Shown: positions 18,574-24,665 of the stretch, in pieces
Layout: every line of letters begins with the position of its first letter
How positions within the stretch are numbered: position 1 is the stretch's first letter
UHGV virus genome: UHGV-1848590
Source: a virus
Strand: one strand, 5' to 3'
Length of the DNA: 24,665 nucleotides
The notes under the pieces: generated by a model
Told to the model about the DNA's origin: nothing
Databases searched by the model: none
Seen by the model: the letters and a program-made list of their open reading frames with translations, nothing else
Program-made: the position numbers and the translations under genes

Positions 18574-18649
18574 GCCGATTTAGCTCAGTTGGTAGAGCAG
18601 TCGCTTTGTAAGCGAATGGTCAGCGGTTCGATCCCGTTAATCGGCACCA
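18574..18649 (+). tRNA. tRNA-Thr (anticodon TGT)
   Basis: Acceptor gccgatt/aatcggc, D-arm gctc-agttggta-gagc, anticodon loop ttTGTaa, TTCGATC T-loop, encoded CCA. Confidence 0.85.
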
Positions 18650-18653
18650 ACAT

Positions 18654-18728
18654 AACAGGTAAGAGCATTCTCCCTTATGGGGCCTGGCTTAAATGCATCG
18701 AGTGCTCTTACCGTTGTGATGAAGTGCA
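18654..18728 (+). repeat. structured repeat element, copy A
   Basis: 5' arm AACAGGTAAGAGCATTCTCC pairs with GAGTGCTCTTACC; tail GTTGTGATGAAGTGCA shared with copies B and C. Confidence 0.4.
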
Positions 18729-19020
18729 GATCTTAGAAGCAACCAGAAGATAAGCATCTGGCTTCACAACATAAACCGCAGGAACGACCAATAAACGGTA
18801 GTCCGTATGGAGAACACCCCGTTGAGGAAGAGGCCTGGCCGGAACCGTAACCGGCGACTGGTAATGTGTGTAAATGGAGCGAAATATGTGGGCGTTTAAC
18901 GGGATACGGGTTGTAACAGCGATTATTAACGGCGAACTTAAGTATTCACGTTTCGAGACAAATGAACGTGATGGGAAATGTATTGGTGTGCGGTTAGTAA
19001 GAGAATACGCATAACAACTA

Positions 19021-19123
19021 CAACGTTGAGAACACTGGCGTAACGGGGTCATATCCCAATCTACGAATAAATGTTGCGTTGCCGCGTGACAACCAGTGTT
19101 CTCAACATTGTGGTGAATGCACA
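19021..19123 (+). repeat. structured repeat element, copy B
   Basis: Perfect 14 bp inverted repeat GTTGAGAACACTGG / CCAGTGTTCTCAAC around a loop with CGTAACGGGGTCATATCCCAATCTAC; tail ATTGTGGTGAATGCACA. Confidence 0.4.
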
Positions 19124-19298
19124 GGCTGATGTGCCGCAACTACAGTAGTGCGCGCTTTGCGGGGCTTGCTACAACCCTGTGTCGGAGTTCAGCACCGACC
19201 ATCACAGTTTGATTCTCTGGCATGAGCATAACGCTGAAATAAGTCCAGTCTGGTGCGGTCTGATCACCCGCCGTTAGCTCCACGAAACGGAGCACGTA

Positions 19299-19383
19299 AC
19301 AGGTAAGAGCATTCTCCTGTAACGGGTTCATATCCCAATCTACAGGTCCACCAAGAATGCTCTTTCCGTTGCGGTGAATGCGG
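19299..19383 (+). repeat. structured repeat element, copy C
   Basis: 5' arm as in copy A, loop motif TGTAACGGGTTCATATCCCAATCTAC as in copy B, 3' arm AGAATGCTCTTT, tail CCGTTGCGGTGAATGCGG. Confidence 0.4.
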
Positions 19384-19522
19384 CTAAGCGCACGCGGGGA
19401 AATGGTTATATCTGTCCATTATTTCTCCTTGTTTCCACGTCCACGGTGGATAACCAGCCAAAGGACACCGGGAGGAACCCGGCACCGCAGCTTTTTTATT
19501 CGTTAAATAATGGAGTGAGAGG

Positions 19523-19759
19523 ATGCAGAACAATCCGAACAAATGTCGAACGCTATGGGTGCGGTTATATATTTATGCCGTCCTCTGTTTGATTGTGTCA
19601 CTGGTTCTGTATGTTTGGCTTTTGCCAAATATGATCTCATCTAACAGCACAATACTTGTATTGTTGGGAGTCCTTCTCGCGCTCATTTACCCGGCTTTCG
19701 CAGTAGTCTTTTTTCGTGAAAAAACCAGGAAATTAATTAATGAAAAAAACGTTGATTAG
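19523..19759 (+). CDS. upl: small two-helix membrane protein (78 aa; upl-like)
   Basis: GAGAGG RBS; two hydrophobic segments; overlaps the start of the downstream lipoprotein gene. Confidence 0.55.
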   Translation: MQNNPNKCRTLWVRLYIYAVLCLIVSLVLYVWLLPNMISSNSTILVLLGVLLALIYPAFAVVFFREKTRKLINEKNVD

Positions 19760-20567
19760 TGCAGCGATTATTTTGGGTTCTTTATGTCTGACCGGATGCG
19801 ATCGGGTAGAGCCAGGTAACGTAGGGATCAAAGTAAATAAGCTGGGGGATGATAAAGGTATCGGTGAAGTAGTTGGCGTTGGTCGCTACTGGACAGGCTT
19901 GAATACTGAAGTTTATATCTTCCCGACCTTTAAGCAAATGAAGACATACGATGAGCCGTTCAGCTTCCAGATGAGCGACGGAACAACCATTGGTTACCAC
20001 ATCGGCGTAGCCTACAAGGTTGATCCAGCAAAAGTCACAACGGTATTTCAGACCTATCGCAAAGGTGTAGATGATATTACTGATACCGATCTACGCCAGA
20101 AGGTTGCAGATGCTCTGAACCGATTAGCCAGCAAAATGACCACCGACAAATTTATCGACGGTGGCAAATCTGAATTGCTTGATGCAGCCCTTAAAGACAT
20201 TCAGGAAGAAATGACGCCAATCGGCATTCAGGTGATGAGCCTCTCTTATGTAGGTAAGCCAGAATACCCGCCAACAGTTATTGACAGTATTAACGCCAAA
20301 GTCACGGCAAACCAAAAAACCCTGCAACGCGAGCAAGAGGTCAAACAACGTGAAGCAGAGGCCAACATGCTGCGCGCGGAAGCTGCCGGACAGGCTGATG
20401 CTATTCGCACAAAAGCCCAGGCCGAAGCTGATGCCATTCGTTTACGTGGTGAAGCTCTGCGCCAGAACCCCGGTGTTATGGACTTGGAAGCGATCAACAA
20501 ATGGAACGGTACATTACCGCAGTATATGACCAGTAATACCGCTGTTCCGTTTGTTCCGGTGAAATAA
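19740..20567 (+). CDS. plp: SPFH/band-7 (prohibitin-like) lipoprotein (275 aa; plp-like)
   Basis: Signal peptide with lipobox LTG-C; SPFH-like core and Ala/Glu-rich coiled-coil C-terminus. Confidence 0.75.
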   Translation: MKKTLISAAIILGSLCLTGCDRVEPGNVGIKVNKLGDDKGIGEVVGVGRYWTGLNTEVYIFPTFKQMKTYDEPFSFQMSDGTTIGYHIGVAYKVDPAKVTTVFQTYRKGVDDITDTDLRQKVADALNRLASKMTTDKFIDGGKSELLDAALKDIQEEMTPIGIQVMSLSYVGKPEYPPTVIDSINAKVTANQKTLQREQEVKQREAEANMLRAEAAGQADAIRTKAQAEADAIRLRGEALRQNPGVMDLEAINKWNGTLPQYMTSNTAVPFVPVK

Positions 20568-20594
20568 AAGCGTAAGCAAAATTGGCAGTAATCC

Positions 20595-20670
20595 GGCCCT
20601 TTAGCTCAGTGGTTAGAGCTGGCGACTCATAATCGCACGGTCACCGGTTCAAGTCCGGTAGGGGCCACCA
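20595..20670 (+). tRNA. tRNA-Ile2 (anticodon CAT, lysidine type)
   Basis: Near-identical in layout to E. coli ileX as I recall it: acceptor ggccctt/aggggcc, anticodon arm ggcga-ctCATaa-tcgc, TTCAAGT T-loop, encoded CCA. Confidence 0.85.
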
Positions 20671-20906
20671 TATTTGGTTGTAACACGGCGTCTGGCACAT
20701 GCGTCGTTAGCGGTCTGGTGACGTTAAAGGGGTAACCTTTCCCCTAGCTCAGGCAACAAACCAGGTAGCCGGAATGTGCAAGCCCCGTTCATAGCGTCGG
20801 ACTGCGGATTCACCATCCTGGCGATTCGGTGTGACAGCCGGGAAGAGTCCGGCGCATTAATCCTGATTTTCTGGTGATGACTCATATCGTTAGGAGTGAT
20901 TTGAGT

Positions 20907-20951
20907 ATGCCGATTATATCTGACATTCAGCACGCCTGGGTGGAGTGCTAA
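20907..20951 (+). CDS. possible 14-codon leader ORF coupled to ban (MPIISDIQHAWVEC)
   Basis: ATG at 20907 after AGGAG; TAA stop overlaps the ban ATG (TAATG). Confidence 0.25.
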   Translation: MPIISDIQHAWVEC

Positions 20952-22303
20952 TGTCTGCATCCCCTCTTGAATCCATGCCAAATTCCCTTAGTGCAGAACA
21001 AGCTGTACTTGGTGGCTTAATGCTTGATAACTGCCGCTGGGATGAAGTTGCAGATCGTATAGTTGCTGATGATTTTTATACCAGTGCTCATCGTGAAATT
21101 TTCAGTGAGATGGAGAGGTTATTAAGTCATGGCAAACCGATTGATTTGATAACACTTGCTGAAGCACTTGAACAGAACGGTAAATTAGAACGCGCCGGTG
21201 GTTTTGCGTACCTTGCGGAGATGTCAAAGAACACGCCCAGCGCGGCAAATATTTGTGCTTATGCGGATATCGTTCGTGAACGCGCGGTTGTTCGTGAAAT
21301 GATTTCCGTCGCAAATGAAATAGCTGAAGCTGGATATGCGCAGGATGGCAGGGGCAGCAATGAATTGCTGGATATGGCCGAGCGCCGCGTTTTTGAAATA
21401 GTTGAAAAACGACAAAAGAGCGGTAGTGGTCCAAAAGATATCGCCAGCATTCTCGATGCAACGGTATCTCGCATAGAAGAGTTGTTTCAGCGACCGCATG
21501 ATGGTGTAACGGGGCTTGATACCGGATTTACCGATCTCAATAAGAAGACGGCAGGACTTCAGGCGTCCGATCTCATTATTGTCGCCGCCCGCCCATCGAT
21601 GGGGAAGACTACGTTTGCGATGAATCTCGTCGAAAATGCCGCAGTCCGTAACGATAAGCCCGTATTGGTTTTTAGCCTTGAGATGCCGAGCCACCAACTG
21701 ATGATGCGCTCACTGGCTTCTCTTGCACGCGTTGATCAGACTCGTATTCGAACAGGGCAACTTAACGACGAGGATTGGGCGCGGGTTTCTGGCGCAATGG
21801 GGATTCTGTTGGACAAGCAGAATATTTTTATTGATGACTCAAGCGCCCTGACACCTACAGAGCTTCGTTCCCGCGCTCGTCGTGTTTATAAAGAAAATGG
21901 TGGTTTGAGCATGATTATGATCGACTACCTGCAACTTATGCGCGTCCCCGAGCTGCAAGATAACCGAACGCTGGAAATTGCCGAGATTTCTCGCTCACTG
22001 AAGGCTTTGGCGAAGGAATTACAAGTACCGGTGGTGGCATTGTCACAACTTAATCGATCGCTTGAACAGCGTGCGGACAAACGACCGGTAAATTCAGATT
22101 TACGTGAATCAGGAGCAATTGAGCAGGACGCAGACCTGATCATGTTTCTGTATCGCGACGAAGTTTATCACCCGGATAGCGAAATGAAGGGCATTGCCGA
22201 GGTAATTATCGGAAAGCAACGAAATGGCCCAATTGGCACGGTGAGATTGGCTTTTAACGGCCAATACTCACGGTTTGATAACTATGCTGGTGCTGACTGG
22301 TAA
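20945..22303 (+). CDS. ban: Ban, DnaB-family replicative helicase (452 aa ORF; ATG at 20951)
   Basis: Collinear, high similarity to E. coli DnaB as I recall it (Walker A ARPSMGKT, IIGKQRNGPIGTV, end FDNYAG). Confidence 0.95.
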   Translation: MLMSASPLESMPNSLSAEQAVLGGLMLDNCRWDEVADRIVADDFYTSAHREIFSEMERLLSHGKPIDLITLAEALEQNGKLERAGGFAYLAEMSKNTPSAANICAYADIVRERAVVREMISVANEIAEAGYAQDGRGSNELLDMAERRVFEIVEKRQKSGSGPKDIASILDATVSRIEELFQRPHDGVTGLDTGFTDLNKKTAGLQASDLIIVAARPSMGKTTFAMNLVENAAVRNDKPVLVFSLEMPSHQLMMRSLASLARVDQTRIRTGQLNDEDWARVSGAMGILLDKQNIFIDDSSALTPTELRSRARRVYKENGGLSMIMIDYLQLMRVPELQDNRTLEIAEISRSLKALAKELQVPVVALSQLNRSLEQRADKRPVNSDLRESGAIEQDADLIMFLYRDEVYHPDSEMKGIAEVIIGKQRNGPIGTVRLAFNGQYSRFDNYAGADW

Positions 22304-22314
22304 GAGGATTATTA

Positions 22315-23313
22315 ATGCAATGGAATGAGGAAAAGCCGATGAACATCCTGATCATTGGGCGAAAATTTGAAGCTATCAGTGATGTGAAAACATATACGGA
22401 AATGTGGGCTTACAACCTGGCCTGCGCCTTTAGTGAGGCAGGGGTAACATTGCAATACCATCGTCCATATTCCCCTGGCGTCGAAAGCCCCGAGGATTAT
22501 GTTGAAGCTGTGTTGACTGCTGCGACAGCATGTTCTGCGAAGGCCATTTTGGCACCAGGATTGAGGTATTTTACTACGGTACCCAGGGAAATAGGCATGC
22601 AACTGTGTCGCCGATTCTCTGGATGGGTAGCCCAGGTATATGACGGTTCTATGCTGGATTCGGCACCAGTCGATATTACTTTTACTGTCCGCGATGATAC
22701 CTGGCGGTACCTGGATAATCCCGGTCGGTTAGAACGTCATAATCGCTTTAACAAACATGTTGGATGGGCAGCGAATCAGGAGCTGTTCCATCTGGAAACC
22801 AAAACGGACGATGTTCTGCGTATTTTTGTAGACCACGCTGCATTTGATGTTAGTGGTTTTGATCACTCCTTAAGTATCCTTATGAACCTTCAGCGTCTGA
22901 CCGTTCCGTATGAGGCCAGAACGTTGACCGATGACGGATTGATTACCATTGATCCGGGGAATATATCGGTAACCCCATACAGACGGACGCCGGTACCAGC
23001 AACCGAATTTGCAGCTGAATTGCGTAAGAGTGACGTGTTTATCGTTACGCATCCCGAAAGCCTTGGATTAACTGTACTTGAGGCGGCAATGTGCGGGGCG
23101 TTGGTATTAACGCCTCCCGATTGTCTTCCGCCAGATCGCCTGGCTTTGGTGAACCATATGGTTATCAAGTCGCGGATTGATTGGGATGAGGTTATTGCTC
23201 GCGTTGATCGCGTGAAAAATGCTGAAAAGGTCCAGTGTCACACCTGGTCGGCAATTGCGGAAAAGATGCTTGAAACGTTTATCACGCAGAAACCGTCGCG
23301 CGGTAATGATTGA
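22315..23313 (+). CDS. dbn: Dbn-position protein with glycosyltransferase-like C-terminal motif (332 aa)
   Basis: AAGAGG RBS 7 nt before the ATG, immediately after the ban stop; HPESLGLTVLEAAMCGALVL resembles the GT-B nucleotide-sugar binding motif. Confidence 0.45.
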   Translation: MQWNEEKPMNILIIGRKFEAISDVKTYTEMWAYNLACAFSEAGVTLQYHRPYSPGVESPEDYVEAVLTAATACSAKAILAPGLRYFTTVPREIGMQLCRRFSGWVAQVYDGSMLDSAPVDITFTVRDDTWRYLDNPGRLERHNRFNKHVGWAANQELFHLETKTDDVLRIFVDHAAFDVSGFDHSLSILMNLQRLTVPYEARTLTDDGLITIDPGNISVTPYRRTPVPATEFAAELRKSDVFIVTHPESLGLTVLEAAMCGALVLTPPDCLPPDRLALVNHMVIKSRIDWDEVIARVDRVKNAEKVQCHTWSAIAEKMLETFITQKPSRGND

Positions 23314-23359
23314 TTCTATTCATATGATTGCGATTGTATTGATTTTTACGACACCGCTT

Positions 23360-23391
23360 ATTGCTCTAATAAATTTGATTTATTAGAGCAA
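23360..23391. promoter_or_regulatory. paired inverted C1 operator-like sites
   Basis: ATTGCTCTAATAAATTT (23360-23376) and, 3 bp away, an inverted copy of the TTGCTCTAATAAAT core (23378-23391). Confidence 0.55.
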
Positions 23392-23692
23392 ATAAACTAC
23401 CATCGAACGCCAGACTATTGATCTTCCTGTTGTTCAGGCTTATAGTTCCTACGTCGTAGTAAATTCTGCGACCGGGTTTGACAGCCTGAATGTACATGCG
23501 GACAACCGCAGATATCCGATATTGCGGTATTTTTGTGTCCGTAAACCACGTTACGCCCGAATTATGGTGGGGCGTGATGGGGAGGCTTCGGCCTGCTGGT
23601 TTCATGTACGCCAGTCTGCTAACCCCGTCACGTCCTGCCACCTGTTTGACAGCGGGTAGCAGGTTGTTAAACCTGTACATGAGGCCGTAACT

Positions 23693-23914
23693 ATGGTTAA
23701 TGCCAATCCTTGCGCACGCCCTGAATTTATCTGGCGCTTTTACTCCTGCCAGAAACGTCACTATCACTTCGTTATTGCACCGACAGAAGATGAGGCTCGC
23801 TCTCAGCTTCCGGATGCTCCCTGCATTTTCTCCGCACGCTTTTCTACTGACTCGCGCAATTCTCTCAGTTACTGGTGCCTCCCTGTTAACGCTTCTGTTC
23901 AGGAGGGGCTATGA
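23693..23914 (+). CDS. small protein (73 aa), translationally coupled to downstream gene; icd-like position
   Basis: GAGG RBS 8 nt before the ATG; stop TGA overlaps the next ATG (ATGA). Confidence 0.4.
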   Translation: MVNANPCARPEFIWRFYSCQKRHYHFVIAPTEDEARSQLPDAPCIFSARFSTDSRNSLSYWCLPVNASVQEGL

Positions 23915-24665
23915 GAACGTCATTAGTCACCCGTGAAGAGATGATCGAGGCAATTGAACAGCACACAATCTGTATCAGCACCAGGGATATACCAGGCGTT
24001 ATTGCCAACTACTTCATGATCACCAAACAACTTTACCGGAGAAAGGACAAGAACGCGGTTCACCGTATCCTGTTGTCTGATATCCGCGAATACCTGCTCG
24101 AACAGGGTCATCTGAATTACGCAACCGTCGCAGCCGAAGCACGCAAGGAGGCACACAGAATGAAAGCAACTAACGTTAAATCAGAAAAAATTCATGCAAC
24201 TTCAGTTCAGGAATCGGAGCTGGTGGTTGTTCAGAATCAGTCTGATGAAATTCCCGTTCTGGAATGGCTGGGAGTGCGTGTAGTGACAACTGAGACTCTT
24301 GCTAAAGGGTATGGGACCGATGAAGCGAATATTCGTAAAAATTTGTCTCGCAACCCCGATCGCTTTGAAGAAGGTAAGCATTACTATCTCTTAACTGGTT
24401 CAAAATTAAAGGAATTTAAAAGGCTAGTGACTATTAGTCACTTGGTTAGCAAATATACAAGTCAGGTAATTCTCTGGGCCGAGCGCGGAGCGGCACGCAT
24501 GTCTAAGATCGTGGACACAAATGAAGCGTGGGCATTCTTTGAAAAACTGGAAGACAGCTACTTCCGGCAAAAAGAACAGCAACCGGTCGCAATCCCTCAG
24601 ACGCTTCCCGAAGCTCTGCGCCTGGCTGCCGAGCTGGCTGAACAAAAGCAACTTCTGGAACAGAA
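23911..24665 (+). CDS. antirepressor-like protein, partial (runs off window end); in-frame internal start at 24160
   Basis: AGGAGG before ATG 23911; open frame to the window end (not in the ORF track, having no stop); second strong AAGGAGG RBS before in-frame ATG 24160; region from ~residue 110 (VLEWLGVRVVTTETLAKGYGTDEANIRKNLSRNPDRFEEGKHYYLL) resembles ORF6N/Rha-type antirepressor N-domains. Confidence 0.45.
   Translation, partial: MRTSLVTREEMIEAIEQHTICISTRDIPGVIANYFMITKQLYRRKDKNAVHRILLSDIREYLLEQGHLNYATVAAEARKEAHRMKATNVKSEKIHATSVQESELVVVQNQSDEIPVLEWLGVRVVTTETLAKGYGTDEANIRKNLSRNPDRFEEGKHYYLLTGSKLKEFKRLVTISHLVSKYTSQVILWAERGAARMSKIVDTNEAWAFFEKLEDSYFRQKEQQPVAIPQTLPEALRLAAELAEQKQLLEQ

Noticed and set aside
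18708-19139. 143-aa minus-strand ORF
   Set aside because: Runs through structured repeat copies A and B; an accidental open frame in a hairpin-dense non-coding region.
18654-19383. CRISPR array as an explanation for the three repeats
   Set aside because: Copies are inverted-repeat stem-loops of differing length and irregular spacing, not short direct repeats with uniform spacers.
23476-23681. Duplicated GTTTGACAGC ... TGTACATG motif as a LexA box or sigma-70 promoter
   Set aside because: CTGT/ACAG spacing does not fit a LexA box and the -10 candidates are poor; kept only as an unexplained duplicated motif inside the immI-like finding.
23366-23767. 133-aa minus-strand ORF
   Set aside because: Covers the operator pair and leader of the plus-strand antirepressor-like module and opposes the clearly signalled plus-strand genes.

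Overview
This window reads as a P1-like phage-plasmid (plasmid prophage) segment, with one standout: the dmt methyltransferase gene is interrupted by an in-frame intein carrying a LAGLIDADG homing endonuclease, inserted directly before the catalytic Cys of the C5-methyltransferase PCQ motif. All calls are from reading the sequence and translations; no database search or RNA folding was run, and P1 comparisons are from memory. Layout, left to right: a minus-strand virion-structural operon (980-6320: tail tube-like, two unknown proteins, sheath-like, head-like); the partition module parS-parB-parA (6436-8738), matching P1 as I recall it; an extra T5orf172/GIY-YIG-like gene with its own terminator (8907-9716); an iteron replicon (incA-like array, repA, incC-like iterons, five GATC sites and a DnaA box, 9740-11184) whose RepA and iterons are not P1-type; a minus-strand accessory operon with a spanin-like pair and a PAAR-like small protein (11227-13340); the plus-strand uhr-hrdC(rdgC)-dmt operon behind a C1-operator-like site (13422-17730); a ~1.7 kb non-coding stretch with a second operator-like site, a candidate small RNA with terminator, tRNA-Asn, a noncanonical tRNA-like element, tRNA-Thr and three related structured repeats (17721-19400); upl-plp, tRNA-Ile(CAU), ban (DnaB-like helicase) and dbn (19523-23313); then paired inverted operator-like sites, a 73-codon ORF coupled to a partial antirepressor-like ORF with an in-frame internal start (23360-24665), resembling the P1 immI layout.
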